A DNA stretch of 64,000 bases from Scleropages formosus (taxonomy: Eukaryota), in assembly GCF_900964775.1 (NCBI RefSeq), contig NC_041813.1:31864960-31928959 (forward strand), read 5' to 3'. How positions within the stretch are numbered: position 1 is the stretch's first letter; every line of letters begins with the position of its first letter. The notes under the pieces are model-generated. The model worked only from the letters and a program-made list of their open reading frames with translations. It searched no databases and was not told the origin of the DNA. This document shows positions 1-11,273 of this stretch, piece by piece. A program made the position numbers and the translations under genes.

Positions 1-237
1 CAGGTCAATAAGAACACTATTTCTACAGGTGTGTGTGCGAGTGTGTCCATTCATGTGTTCATAAGCATGCACATGCATTAACAGTGCAGCACATGATGAG
101 TTTGGAAAGAGGAACTCTAAAACTAGGGGAACAGGACACCTTTACATCTCTCTGTCTCTCTCGCTCTGTGTAGTTTGTAGATGAGGAGAGAGGAGGACTT
201 GAGGGAGAGAGAATGTCTTTCTTGTCAAGACAGACAA

Positions 238-267
238 TTAATAATAATAATAATAATAATAATAATG
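238..267. repeat. (AAT)10 microsatellite
   Basis: aataataataat... Confidence 0.9.
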
Positions 268-560
268 TCCCAATAATAGTATTTTTTTTTCTAAAAGGCC
301 TTTATGTTGTTTACAGTTTGTATAATCCTCGTTTTCCTGCTCTCAAGTTGTTTTGCCTGTGCCTTTTATATTATTTAACCTCACTTAATATGTCTTCATC
401 ATTCTGTTTGTCTACCAAGGTATTTTGCATAATTTGTGCATTTTGTTAACCTTTCTGCTTGTGCCTTTTTGTCCCCCAGCTCTGTGCCAATCATTTTCAT
501 TTTGTGCCCTTTGGTGCAGCCTGCTTCTGTGTGTGTTTCTCACACTGAGATCTCTCTGTG

Positions 561-563
<3 letters not shown>

Positions 564-625
<62 letters not shown>
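564..625. repeat. (CT)31 microsatellite
   Basis: Perfect tc dinucleotide tract. Confidence 0.95.
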
Positions 626-626
<1 letters not shown>

Positions 627-1019
627 TTCTCCTCTCTGTGTTGGGACCGTGCGTTGAGGTGGACACTGTCATCCACCCGTGTGTGATTAGAGCTTCAGGT
701 ACTACATTGACTATTAATTATATTGATAATATAATATAATTATACTGAACCAGTCTGCCTGTGTGCTGTGTTTCCTCACTCCGTGTGTGCGGAGATGAGG
801 GGATCATTATGGCCTGGGAGGGTCATTCCTCTCTTCCCCGTGCACGTGCAGGCCGCATGTCAGCGCAGAAAGTGGGGAAATGGAAGCGGGGTTGTGGATT
901 ACCATACAGTGAACAGATACTCCTGCAGCGGACAATTCTTCGCAGTGCCCCTCGAAAAAGGCGGGAACCGGTGCTAAATGCTCAGGAATTCTGCAGTTTC
1001 CCGCTTGAATGTCGCTAAT

Positions 1020-1260
1020 GACGACACGACACCCAGGAATGGGCGCGAGCCCACTCGCTGTACGTGCTGGAGAGAGCGCACGCGGGCGCGCGCACTGTGC
1101 GTACGTGCACGCCCCCTCTCGCCTCGCAGTCCGTCGCGTGTCGCGTAGCTGAAGAGCGGGTCTCCAAAGTTGGTGGCGGCAGTTTCCTTCGCGGGGAGGG
1201 TGGGGGGGGAAGATATATTTTTTATTACTGAACTCACTATTCACGCTTTCACCTGGAATC
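1020..1260 (+). promoter_or_regulatory. atxn2l: CpG island / putative atxn2l promoter
   Basis: Very CpG-dense stretch (gcgcgagcc...cgggcgcgcgcactgtgcgtacgtgcacgcc) about 350 bp upstream of the first coding exon. No TATA box, typical of a housekeeping promoter. Confidence 0.5.
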
Positions 1261-1613
1261 ATACATTTTATACGGGCCGCCTGAGGTGAGGCGACAGTTC
1301 CAGGTGCAGAAGAATAAACTACCTGACTGACGGACGTACGGAGTCACAGCGCTAGTCTGTTAGCAACCCGGCATGTCATTCAAACAAGCCAACCTGCCTC
1401 GCGCCACTACTGCTTTTATAGTTTTTGCACACCACTAACTTGTGATATTAATCTAAGTTAAAGTTTGAGGTAACTTCTTACTTTCTTTGAGAGCGTTCTG
1501 CATTAAACTTCAAAGGGAGTTTAACAGCTAAGTGAGGAGTAGGGAATCGTTCCGGGAGACCTGCCAGCCTGGCTGAAGGACTTCAGCGTGTCACTTCGGC
1601 GAAAAGGAGGTGA

Positions 1614-1744
1614 ATGAACCGGCTGATGTTGAAGCAGCACCAGCCCAGCTCCAGCGGCAGGAAAGCTCTGAATGGGACTTCAGGCCCTGCAGTAATGTCT
1701 TCCATGGGCACCGGTACTAACGCCAGCAGAGTGACAGCAGGAAG
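1614..1744 (+). CDS. atxn2l: atxn2l coding exon 1
   Basis: ATG at 1614 (MNRLMLKQHQPSSSGRK...). The second in-frame ATG at 1626 aligns with human MLKPQP. Donor GTAAGA at 1745. Ends in phase 2. Confidence 0.7.
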
Positions 1745-4700
1745 GTAAGAGACCGCCGGTGTCGACTATCAGGAAAGCCCGGTGCTCTCTGAGGCTGGGC
1801 AGAGGCCTACCGGCCCGAGCCGGTAATGTAAGTGGGTGTGTCATGGAGGCGGGGCGTGGTTTTCTTGTTTGACGAATTGGAACAGTATCTTCTATGACGA
1901 CCGGACATTCTAAGCCAATCCGATTCCTGAAACGTAGTGGCGTAACAGTGGTGAAACTGCATGATAACCTCGGTGCGCGAGAGCCGTTTTGATTGAAAGC
2001 TTCTACAAGCCAATAAGAAGAGAAGTTAATATAAGTAACAGAAATTTTGTCCAGTAGGATTTTTGGAGGAGGGTCTTGAATGGATTACCACGGTTTTTTT
2101 GTTGTTGTTTTTCGAACCCTCTGAAAGAATCGTGTTTTTGTGGCTGAAATGTTGTATGGCTAGTGAGCGACACGTAGAACGAGAGGGATGCAAACACCAA
2201 ATAAGTATTTAACTTTTGTGTCTTCTCGTGCTTCTGGAATATCTTTCTGGTTGCCTTGCGTTTCTGTTGCTACTTATTTCTTGGTGCTGAGCTGCGCTGT
2301 GCTCGGACGGATGCTCGAATCCTGACTTGCATCTCAAAGGGAGTCTTGAAAGGCACAGTTGAAATTCTAGTGGTCAGTCTTTGTCGAAGATGCCCGAAGG
2401 CTTGCTTTAGCTCCACGGTGTTTCACACAGTGCCCATCCATTGCGACTATTAATAATGGATTTAACAGTGTAAGTAAAAATTATGTGATCATGTTTGGAG
2501 TGAGGTTTTAAGTGATGACAGCGGGTTGAGAGTAATCGCCGCGGGACCCATCGTAGCTGACCTTCTGCTTGTGGTAATGGAAAGCAGTTTTGGTTCTGGT
2601 TTGTTGCATTGGATTAGTTTTTCCACTTGTGGTTATTGTTCTCCATAAAGCTTCAGTCTAAAAAAAAAAAAAAAAAAAAAAAAAAACTTGATTATATAAC
2701 ATTGACTTTGGTGTGTGGTCTCCTTTTTGTGTGACAGTGTAACCCATTGTTGTGTGTACACCTAAGTGATTCAGTTCTTTGCTTCAGTCGTGATTTTTTT
2801 TATTAATTTCAGGAGCCGAAACTCAGTGAAACCGCCCTCCCAGGTGTCTCCGGTAAGTCACTGCTGGCCCTTCTGTTATTCGGTGTCATACAGTGCACTC
2901 TCTGGGGCAGTAAGAGGGAAAAGTCCTTTACCAAGAAAGGTACTTAACCTAAGCTCATTCAATAAAATATATATTCAGCCACTCAATGTGAGTTTGAAAT
3001 GGTTGGGGCTTTTCAGATGAAAAGATTGCATTAGAAGTTTACAGCAGTACATACGACACATGACGGCAAGTCCTCCAGTCTTTTCAAGAGAATTTGCTCA
3101 TACTAGCTTCAAAACGGAACATGTCACTTTGATGTGATGTAGTGGTGAAGGACATGTTTAGTTATTCCTCCCCCCCCCCCCCCCACCATTTCCCTTGAAA
3201 AAGGCAGGTTGTATGACTTGAAGTACCCTTTAGTTACAATGTTGTATAAATACATTTAACATCTATTGATTAAATAAATGAATAAATTTAAATGTAATTC
3301 CATGCTCATGCTGTGTGACAAAAATCAGTGTGAGTCCACAGACTACAGGTGCTGATCAGGGCTTGTCAAAGTGTTGGACAAAGACTGAAGTTTTGTACTG
3401 CAGTGAAGGCAAACATACTTAGAGTGTTCCAGATGGGTGCTTTTATTGTTGGTAATTAAAACCGCCAGGCTGATAACTAAGGCAACACAGTCTGTCATTT
3501 GTACCCCTAGAGTGTGTCAGCAAGCATTTGCCAGCTTGTATGCTCACTTATGTGTGGCGAATGTTCCAACTGAACAGTGACGTTTCCTGATGACTCGGCA
3601 GGTGTTTGATGGAGTCTACAACAACGCCAGGATGCTGCACTTCCTCACAGCTGTTGTGGTGAGTGACTTGTCACTCTTGTACCGTAGCCATACCATTCTC
3701 AAACCGTGACAGTTGGTTTGAATGTGTGAAATGAAGAATGGGTTGACAGGAGTCAAACACAATTATCCTCTGTGTAGTAGCTCCACATGTAGTGTATATG
3801 CATAAAGTCCCGTCATTTTTATGTCATTCAATATTATTATTTTGTTGATGAGGGGGGTGTGGTGGCACAGTGGGTTTGGCCAGGGCCAACTGTGTGGCAG
3901 GTCCGGGGGTTCGAGTCTTGCTTGGGGTGCCTTTTGGCAGATTGGTGTCCTGTCCGGGGTGTGTCCCCTTCCCCTCCAGCCTTGCGCCCTGTGTTGCCGG
4001 GTTAGGCTCCAGTTTGCCGTGACCCTGCTCGCAACCATCGGTTTCAGACTCTGTGTGTGTGTTCTTGATGACTGCATGGCTGCTTTGCTGACAAAGTGCA
4101 GTGTTCTGGAACAGCCCATGTAACACAAAGAATTAGTGCTTCCTCTTTAGTTTGGCTCCAGCAACAACATGACTCACCTGTGTATGCTGATGCCGGCAGG
4201 GCTCTACCTGCGACATCCGTGTGAAGAACGGAAGTGTTTACGAGGGCATCTTCAAGACCCTTAGCTCCAGGGTAACTCACATTGTTCTCAGTGGCTGTCC
4301 TTGTCCTTCATTCAACTTTATGCTTCTTGTTTCTGTGTGATTCTGGTGAAAGATTGATTCTGTGAACTTCTACCCTGCAGTGTGAGTTGGCTGTGGATGC
4401 AGTGCACCGCCGATGTGAGGAGAGTGGTGGGGACATTTCCTCAGGGCCGCCTCGGAGAGAGGAGATTACTGATACCATGGTGTTCAGCCCCTCTGACCTG
4501 GTGACTATGACCTGCAGAGATGTGGACTTGAACTTCGCCACACGAGGTACAACAACCTGACAGGCATAGAGCATCCAGCAGGGGGCATGTTAACTTAAAG
4601 TACTTTGGAAAAAATGTAACACCTGAGATCTGGTGTTAAATCCATGTATGTTTGTGTAGATTTGTTGTTACATCCATGTATGTTTGTGTTTATGGACGTA

Positions 4701-7700
4701 TTTCAGTGCTCATAACCTTATTGTGTTTAGACTCCTTCACAGATTCCGCAATCAGCTCATCCCGAGTGAACGGTGAGCACAGAGAGAAGGTCCTGCAGCG
4801 GTGGGATGGCGGTGACAGCAATGGGGACAGCTACGAGCTGGAGGCTGACGCTGTGAGTGTTGTCAGTGTGCTGCGTGTTTGGTTCTGCCCGCTGCCACCC
4901 ATCAGTCACACATCACATCTTTCTCTGCTCAGTCAAACGGTTGGGATGCCAACGAGATGTTCCGCTACAACGAGGAAAATTATGGCATCAAGTCAACATA
5001 CGACTCCAGCCTCTCTATGTACACGTGAGTGTTTTTACTGACACAGGCATGTGACAGTGGTTAGGATCAACATCTACGCTTGACTATTGATCTCTTACTT
5101 GCTTCTTTGTCAGGATGCCTTTGGAGAAGGGCAACTCAGAAGGCTACCGCCAGCGGGAGGCCAGGGCCACCCGCATAGCCAATGAGATTGAGTCCAGCCC
5201 CCAGTACCGGCACCGCCTGGCTCTGGAAAACGAGGATGGCAAAACTGAGGAAGAGAAGTACAGTGCTGTAGTGCATGAGCGGGACAGCGGGGAGAGGGAG
5301 AGAGGCCAGGAGAGCCCCAACACAAGCAACAGCAGGTGAGCTGGCTGACTCAGTGAGAGGAGTCCTGTCTTCCTTCCTTCTTTTTCTGCCTTAATTCTGT
5401 TTCTAATTCCTGGTGGTTTTTAGCTGTCTGGATAACCAGCCTTTCCTTTACTCCCCCAGGGAGGGCAAGTATGTCCCCATACCCCAGCGTGTCAGAGACA
5501 TGGGGATATCAGCAAGCAGTATGAGGACAGATCGCGAAAGGGAAAGGGCCAGTGGAGGAGGGCATCCTCCTGTCCCTAGTCGTGTAGGCGGTCCTCATAC
5601 CAGTCGGCCCACTATACCAAACTCCACCTCCAAACATACTCCACCAAGCCCTGGCTGTCAGCCTGCAGCTCCTTCAGAACGGAATAGCCCCCACCAGAGG
5701 GGAGGTGCCAGTGCGGCTAGCCCTTTTGCTTCTACTTCTCAATCCCGATCCACAGAGGCCCCCATTGCTCCTGCTACCAGTCCCCCTGCCTCACATCCCC
5801 TTGTGAACCCAGAGCCGTTGTTCGAGTCACCCAGGCCTGTAAATGGATGTAAGTAAAGCTTAAGTCAGATACAGTTCAGCTTTCCACTCTTTATAGTGTG
5901 TGTATATGTGATTTTGTGTGTGTGTGAGACTCTCTTTGTCTCAGTGTCACCTAGAATGTCACCTAAAGCTCAGAGACCCACAGAAAACAGCAGGAACCTG
6001 AGGGCCTCTAGCACTCATGTGGCCTCTGCAGGTACCTCCTGCTCTTCTCTTAATTTCCCCTCTCATTCTGTTTGTGGAATGCTTGGATATTGAATAATAC
6101 TCGTAAGTTACCAAGGAATGTTATATAATACCATGGGTGCATATTTAGCTGTTTAGATCGTATAAATGCATCAAATTCCAGTATTTATACTGAAAGTCGA
6201 ATTAGTTTTAAACCCCTATATGTATACTTTCTTTTATTTAAATTCCTTAGCCTCTTTCTGCATACTGGTAGTACTAGCCTCACGATCTCCAAAATCCACT
6301 ATCTCTTCTCAAGACTCCCCTCCTGCTCAGTCTTACCTGGACACCACGTCTGTCACCATGGCAACCGCAAAACCTTCTGGCCCAGCCCCTCTCTTCCCAG
6401 TGGATGGTGAGCGCTCAGCCCATATCTCCCCCTGCCAGTGCCTTTGCATTTTCTTTCTTCATCGAAACCTGCACGTTCTGAGAGTGTGCATATTTTCTGT
6501 TTTGTGTTTATTTAGTTGATTTTTACAATGTGTCCAAATCCCATCCCTCCCCCACAGTGAATGAGATCCTCAGCTCTGCAGGACAGGAGCGAACAGCAGA
6601 GTGTGCGACGAGCCCATCTGATGCCAAGAGCAATAAAGGTGTTTCTTTGCTCTCTCCCTCTTTCTCTCTGGGTGTGGTGTGTTCTGGAGAGACGTGCTGG
6701 ACCGTAATGTGTGCTTTGTGTGTCTCTGTTCCTTCAGTTCAGCACAGATCCCAGATAGAAGAACTTCGGAAGTTTGGCAAAGAATTCAGAGTGAGTTCCA
6801 CTTGCCCTCCGTCTGCGTGTGTGTCTGTGCTTTTGCTCCTTGTTCTATCATTGGAGTATAACCATGACTAATCCGTCTGGTGTGTCCATAGCATCATAGA
6901 AGTACTCTCAACTACCTTTTTTCATTTACTTTTTAAATACAAAGAGTGAAGGGGCCTGTGAGGTGTTATGTACCGAGCAGCATTAGGAAAGAGCTGCTTG
7001 CTTCTGCACACCTGTAAAAACCAGGTCTTTTGTTCCTGTACAGCTGCAGGCCAGTGGTGGGATCCCCTGTGATCCCAGCAGCAGTGCAGCCACACCCAGT
7101 GACACTGCCCCACTTGGCCCCGTTGACTCCACCTCAGCTACAGACTCCAAGCCAAGCGTACAGCCGGAGCCTCCTCACGCCCTGACTGTTGAGGAAGATG
7201 TTGCAGTGGGAAACGAGGAGACTGTGGTCGTGGCCTCAGCCTTAACACAGTCTGTTGTTGCAGACAGGCAGTCTCCATTGATGCTTCAGCCAATCAGGAC
7301 CCCAGGTGGTGAAGAAGCTAGACAGGAAGTGGCAGAAAGGGCAGAGGAAGTGATAGAGTGAGTAGAGGAGGTTAACGATTGGAATTGGGCTCAGCAAGTT
7401 GTGCTCCTTTGTGAACAGTTATTTGAGAGCTGGTCTGGAGCTAACTGGTGTGTATCTGTGTGTTAGTCAAGTGAAGAGATCCACTCTGAACCCCAACGCC
7501 AAGGAGTTCAACCCCAGCAAGGTGTTGATGTCACTGGTGAGCTCATGTTTGTGTCACACGCTCAACTTTTATGTAATGGCTAACCATTAATGACGATTGC
7601 CATTCTGTGTCCTGATTGCACAGTTTAAGCCCACCTCAGCCCCGACGCCACCCCGGCACACCCCGAACAGCCCCTCAGTGTTGTTGCAGACTCAGCCAGG

Positions 7701-9371
7701 CCAGGGGGCAATATACAGCTCCCCATACCTGTCCTACATGTCCCCAATACAGATCCAGAGCCATTCTGTACAGGTACTGCCACTCGTAGCACGGTCACCT
7801 CTGTCACCTCTCCGATTCAGTGACTGTCAGTTATTTGTTATTTCTTTTGTATCTTTGATTTGTGGGAACATTGCGCTGTCTGTCTCAGGCCCCCCAGGTA
7901 TACCATTACATGTCCACAGTGAGCCAAGGAAAATACCCCAGAGCCAAGGGTAAGTGCAGATGGGTCTGAGCCTGTGCTGTCTTTGCTCTTGTTTTCATTC
8001 ATTTGCATTAATGTTGTTCCATCCTTCACGCTAGGCTCCGTGGTGACTCCACGTCCTGAGCACAGTTCCTCAGCGCCCCCTATGCTTCAGGCCGGCCCAT
8101 CTCTGGTGGCTTCACCTTACCCGCAGTCCTACTTGCAGTACGGTCCCCAGCAGTATGGGCAGCAGGTGCTGCCAGCCATGGGTCACTATCCTGGGCAGGT
8201 AGGCTCTTCTAAGTGTTGTTAAGATGGGGGGGGGTGTGTGGGGGTGTGTGTTTGTGGCACTACGATTGTAAACTTGACAGTACATTCTCCCTTTCTCCCT
8301 AAAGCCCATGTACTCCATGCTGCAGAGTGGGACTCGCATGCTGGGCTCCGGTGGACACGCTCAGGCACTGGGCCCTGCTGGGCCTCCGTACCCAGGGCAG
8401 AGCGAGGGCCCCCCTGCACCACAGCCAGCTCTGTATGGTACGTTGCACTGTCAGATGTGTAGGGGTGGGGAGTTGTCCTCTGCGCCAGTGTCACTCTGCT
8501 GTGGATGTAATGTTCAGTGACTCAAGGTGACTCTTGTACCCCCGATTCTCTCTGCAGCTCCTCAGAGCTTCTCGCACCACCCACCACAGCCCTCCAGCAC
8601 CCCAACAGGCAGCCAGCCCCCCCAGCACACAGGCCCTGCCCCTGGCCAGGTACATACCAGCAAGGTGGCTACAGAAGCTGTTGTTCAGCAGCTGAGACTG
8701 ACAATTGATCACCGATGCAGCTGATGAGCACTTGGCATGCAGCTGTTAACACTGACGTTTGCCCTTCCCAGTCTGCGCAGGCTGGCCCCCAGGCCCAGTC
8801 GCTGTATGGGCCTCTTTCTGCACCCACCCCTCCCAACATGCCCCCAGGACACACTTCCCCCCAGGGTTCTTACCCCCTGCAGGGCTACAGTCTGCATGGA
8901 CCTCAGCCCATCCATCACACATACCCCTCACTGGGGCAGCTGGCCCAGGTAAGGTCCTGTCCCGATGAACCGCTGAAGCCCTCTGCATGGCTTGCGTGAC
9001 CTTTCTGTGAATCTGACAGATTACCCCCTCGCCTGGCAGGCTCATGTGCCTGGCACTTTGGCTGGTCCCCACCACTCGGGAACACACGGTGGAGTGATGC
9101 TGCTTCATGCTCCTTCAGCCCAGCAGGCCCCCAGCTCTGGCCCCCAACATCCGCAGCACGCCCCACCCCCACAGCAGGGAGCCCACCCTCACTACGCCTA
9201 TATCGGACCCCCCTCAGGTACGACGCCCTCCTGCTGGGCTCATGCTGTTGTCAGGTGGTGGCAGGCGAAGATGAAAATGGAGGAATCGGTTCTTTCTGTG
9301 TTCCATTTCTAGCTGTGCAGGTGCAGGCCCATGCCCCGCAGCAGCTCCCTTTCCATCCCCCAGGGAACTGA
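1614..9371 (+). CDS. atxn2l: Ataxin-2-like gene (ATXN2L orthologue). CDS span, 23 coding exons.
   Basis: Phase-consistent GT-AG exon chain. The protein matches ATXN2L rather than ATXN2: VFDGVYNNARMLHFLTAVV (Lsm), GSTCDIRVKNGSVYEGIFKTLSS, MPLEKGNSEGYRQRE...IESSPQYRHRLALENEDGKTEEEKYSAV (LsmAD), REGKYVPIPQRVR, RMSPKAQRP, and the PAM2 motif STLNPNAKEFNP. Stop TGA at 9369-9371. AATAAA signals at 9949-9960. Confidence 0.93.
2659..2685. repeat. poly(A)27 in atxn2l intron 1
   Basis: Homopolymer run. Confidence 0.9.
2813..2852 (+). CDS. atxn2l: atxn2l exon 2 (40-nt microexon)
   Basis: tttcag|GAGCCG...TCTCCG|gtaagt. It restores phase between exon 1 (phase 2) and exon 3 (phase 0) and encodes (R)SRNSVKPPSQVSP. 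Human has PPQSP immediately before VFEGVYNN. Confidence 0.7.
3602..3658 (+). CDS. atxn2l: atxn2l exon 3
   Basis: cggcag|GTGTTTGAT...GTTGTG|gtgagt encodes VFDGVYNNARMLHFLTAVV. Confidence 0.88.
3848..4062 (+). mobile_element. SINE (family A), in atxn2l intron 3
   Basis: tRNA-like head (gtggtggcacagtgggtttggccagggccaactg...gggggttcgagtc) plus a teleost-type tail (gccttgcgccctgtgttgccgggttaggctccagtttgccgtgaccc). A second, truncated copy lies at 38095-38220. Confidence 0.7.
4200..4271 (+). CDS. atxn2l: atxn2l exon 4
   Basis: GSTCDIRVKNGSVYEGIFKTLSSR. Donor GTAACT. Confidence 0.88.
4381..4546 (+). CDS. atxn2l: atxn2l exon 5
   Basis: CELAVDAVHRRCEESGGD...TMVFSPSDLVTMTCRDVDLNFATR. ctgcag acceptor, GTACAA donor. 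Confidence 0.88.
4731..4852 (+). CDS. atxn2l: atxn2l exon 6
   Basis: DSFTDSAISSSRVNGEHREKVLQRWDGGDSNGDSYELEADA. Donor GTGAGT. Confidence 0.88.
4933..5024 (+). CDS. atxn2l: atxn2l exon 7
   Basis: SNGWDANEMFRYNEENYGIKSTYDSSLSMY. Donor GTGAGT. Confidence 0.88.
5114..5335 (+). CDS. atxn2l: atxn2l exon 8 (LsmAD)
   Basis: (T)MPLEKGNSEGYRQREARATRIANEIESSPQYRHRLALENEDGKTEEEKYSAVVHERDSGERERGQESPNTSNS. Confidence 0.9.
5460..5848 (+). CDS. atxn2l: atxn2l exon 9
   Basis: cccccag|G... encodes REGKYVPIPQRVRDMG...STSQSRSTEAPIAPATSPPASHPLVNPEPLFESPRPVNG. Donor GTAAGT. Confidence 0.85.
5945..6031 (+). CDS. atxn2l: atxn2l exon 10
   Basis: LSPRMSPKAQRPTENSRNLRASSTHVASA. Human has SRMSPKAQRPLRG. Confidence 0.85.
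6251..6406 (+). CDS. atxn2l: atxn2l exon 11
   Basis: Ser/Pro-rich ...SRSPKSTISSQDSPPAQSYLDTTSVTMATAKPSGPAPLFPVD. ccttag acceptor, GTGAGC donor. Phase-consistent. Confidence 0.72.
6558..6638 (+). CDS. atxn2l: atxn2l exon 12
   Basis: VNEILSSAGQERTAECATSPSDAKSNK. Confidence 0.72.
6737..6789 (+). CDS. atxn2l: atxn2l exon 13
   Basis: VQHRSQIEELRKFGKEFR. Human has QLEELRKFGAQFK. Donor GTGAGT. Confidence 0.85.
7044..7357 (+). CDS. atxn2l: atxn2l exon 14
   Basis: LQASGGIPCDPSSSAATPSD...EEARQEVAERAEEVI. Acidic region before PAM2. Donor GTGAGT. Confidence 0.7.
7467..7521 (+). CDS. atxn2l: atxn2l exon 15 (PAM2 motif)
   Basis: DQVKRSTLNPNAKEFNPSK. PABP-binding PAM2 motif identical to ATXN2/ATXN2L. 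Confidence 0.9.
7624..7773 (+). CDS. atxn2l: atxn2l exon 16
   Basis: FKPTSAPTPPRHTPNSPSVLLQTQPGQGAIYSSPYLSYMSPIQIQSHSVQ. Donor GTACTG. Confidence 0.75.
7889..7949 (+). CDS. atxn2l: atxn2l exon 17
   Basis: APQVYHYMSTVSQGKYPRAK(G). Human has APQMYPYPV...QGKYRGAKG. Donor GTAAGT. Confidence 0.78.
8035..8198 (+). CDS. atxn2l: atxn2l exon 18
   Basis: GSVVTPRPEHSSSAPPMLQAGPSLVASPYPQSYLQYGPQQYGQQVLPAMGHYPGQ. Donor GTAGGC. Confidence 0.72.
8305..8437 (+). CDS. atxn2l: atxn2l exon 19
   Basis: PMYSMLQSGTRMLGSGGHAQALGPAGPPYPGQSEGPPAPQPALY. Human has PMLQSNPRMLTSGSHPQA...PQALYA. Confidence 0.75.
8558..8649 (+). CDS. atxn2l: atxn2l exon 20
   Basis: APQSFSHHPPQPSSTPTGSQPPQHTGPAPGQ. Human has ...ATTPTGSQPQSQHAAP. 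Confidence 0.72.
8772..8948 (+). CDS. atxn2l: atxn2l exon 21
   Basis: SAQAGPQAQSLYGPLSAPTPPNMPPGHTSPQGSYPLQGYSLHGPQPIHHTYPSLGQLAQ. Donor GTAAGG. Confidence 0.7.
9040..9217 (+). CDS. atxn2l: atxn2l exon 22
   Basis: AHVPGTLAGPHHSGTHGGVMLLHAPSAQQAP...HPHYAYIGPPS. Human has AHVQ...VMLLHPPQSH...YPYIGHPQ. Confidence 0.72.
9313..9371 (+). CDS. atxn2l: atxn2l terminal coding exon
   Basis: tttctag|CT... encodes (A)VQVQAHAPQQLPFHPPGN*. Stop TGA at 9369-9371. 3'UTR runs to about 9965. Confidence 0.6.
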
Positions 9372-9948
9372 AGCGCACAAGAGGGGGCATGAGACCATTG
9401 CGGAGGGACCAGAGTTCTCTCAGCAAGACCACCGACCACCCCACCCCCCACCCCCCATCCCGCGCCCCTGCCTTCCAGCGGCCTCAACATGTGTAGTTTC
9501 CAGGCTTGAGCCCAGCAGCTCTCAGATCAGCACAGTGTGTAAGCTTAGCATCACAAATCCCCAACATACACACACTCAGCCACATGCAGCTCGCTCTCAT
9601 GTTCCTCTTGTTGCAGAGGGGAAAAGTGAGTGGAGGTAAAACTGAAATAAATAGGGTTTTTGTCTTTTAATCTGTTAATGTGTTTTTAATGGGCCAGAAG
9701 CAAACGGACAGGCTGCTGTCCAGTGTCCTTGTTGCTGAGAGGAGCGACCGTGTTTCAGTAAACAAGGTCCCATGTGGACAGGAGCAAACTGAACTGTGTT
9801 GTCTACATGTGAGAGGGGAAGGCCAAGGAATTGAAGAGAGATGAGTTTGTTTTGGGTTTTTTTTTTTTTTTTTTTCCCCCCCTCGCTTCCCAGTCCTCAT
9901 TCTGTCTCTCCTTCTCCACAACTCTTTTTTTTCTTTCATTTTTCAAAT

Positions 9949-9960
9949 AATAAAAATAAA
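9949..9960 (+). terminator. atxn2l: Tandem AATAAA polyadenylation signals (atxn2l 3' end)
   Basis: caaataataaaaataaagg, about 580 nt after the stop codon. Confidence 0.55.
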
Positions 9961-10129
9961 GGTTTTAAACTACAGAACGCTGCTGCATTTGCTGTTGGAA
10001 TTGGTCTTGAACCGTGTGTCTCAGTTCCTCACACTACATGGAGCCTTTAGTCCCTTGTGAGTGTATGTGGAGCCCTCTTGTGTTCAGAGTGACTTCATAC
10101 CTGCTGATCGCCTTCAGTTGAGCTACAGA

Positions 10130-10345
10130 AAACCTTTCGTTTTACATTTAGTAATTTGACATTTCTCTCCGAAGCAACTTAACGCTGCTAAGCTTTTTAC
10201 AGTGCTTATCCCATTTCCACGGAGGTGTAACTTTTACTGGAACAATTTGGGTAAGTACCTTGATCAGCGGCACTACAGGAGCAAGTGGTATTTGAACCTG
10301 GTTCTTTCAAGTGGAAGGCACCAGCTCTAACCAGTATGCTACTTG
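10130..10345 (-). mobile_element. tRNA-derived SINE (family C), minus orientation
   Basis: The reverse complement reads gtagcatactggttagagctggtgccttccacttgaaagaaccaggttcaaataccac...cccaaattgttccagtaaaag...gcttcggagagaaatgtcaaattactaaatgtaaaa. Same family as 16607, 22295, 29225 and 59215. Confidence 0.65.
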
Positions 10346-11189
10346 TTGATCCTATCATAGATTCGTGAGGCTGCTGGAGGAGCTGTATTACAGTAAGGCG
10401 CTGGCCAGGCAGACCACGAAGGTGGCTGGAGAAGACCGCATGTGTGTAACAGAGGAGCTCAGCTATCAGGTATAAAGACACAGGAACCAACAGGCGCAAT
10501 GAAAATGTTTATTTAAAAATTCGAATGACATCCTAACAAAACAGTCCTAAAACCCAACCTGTGTTCAGTGTTCGTACCCTTGTGTGCTTTTCGACCGGAG
10601 CCAATCAGGGGTCATCGACACACCTCCCCGCGATACAAAGCCAGAGCTCCCAGCTTTGTACGCGTGCTTTTGAAACATATACGTATGCAACATGTTAATC
10701 CTGGAATGACATGATAATCGCATAAATACAAAGGAGCACTGGTAATGTAGGTAAAGGGCTCAAACCAGTCTGAACTTGAAAGTTATTTGACTCAGCGCAA
10801 GGGTATTTACATTTATAGCAAAAATGTTCTGTTGACATGGTACTAAACATTAAATAGAAAAAAGGTGAAAATGACCCATTGTAATAATCAAGTGACAAAT
10901 CATAAAACATTCTCAGGACTCGTCAGCAATTCATGTGATTTAAAAATAAAAAGGGTAGTTGCCAGAAGCCTCTGTGTCAGCTGTGAAATGTACTGTTGTA
11001 TTGGGAAAGGCTGCTTTGTTCTCGGTGAAACGTGGTCTCAGTGGTGACCCTTCCAAGGTATCTCAGGGCATCTTGCTGTGGTTCCAAACGCAACTCCGTT
11101 TGCCACCCTGCAGCCTGTGCGAGAAAAGCCTAAACACACCCCTACACTGTCATGCAGCTCGAGGCCCACCCCCCTCGCTCGCTCTCGTC

Positions 11190-11273
11190 TCAGCAGATGG
11201 AGGCGGGGACGTCGATGAACTGCAAGAGAAGAGTAAAGGGCTTGAAGCCGCAGTGCTGCTGCTGGTGCTGCCG
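11190..11273 (-). CDS. lat: lat terminal coding region (5' boundary uncertain)
   Basis: Phase-0 acceptors at about 11273 (cacctgcag) or about 11219 (ctcttcttgcag). The frame ends ...LLQFIDVPASIC* with stop TGA at 11190-11192. The C-terminus is not conserved with human (YENLQELN). Confidence 0.3.
   Translation of the reverse strand, partial: RQHQQQHCGFKPFTLLLQFIDVPASIC

Noticed and set aside
425-739. ORF-track entries beginning with M at non-ATG codons (for example 425 is TTG, 46657 is GTG)
   Set aside because: The ORF track uses a bacterial-style start set. These are not real eukaryotic initiation sites and were ignored when placing start codons.
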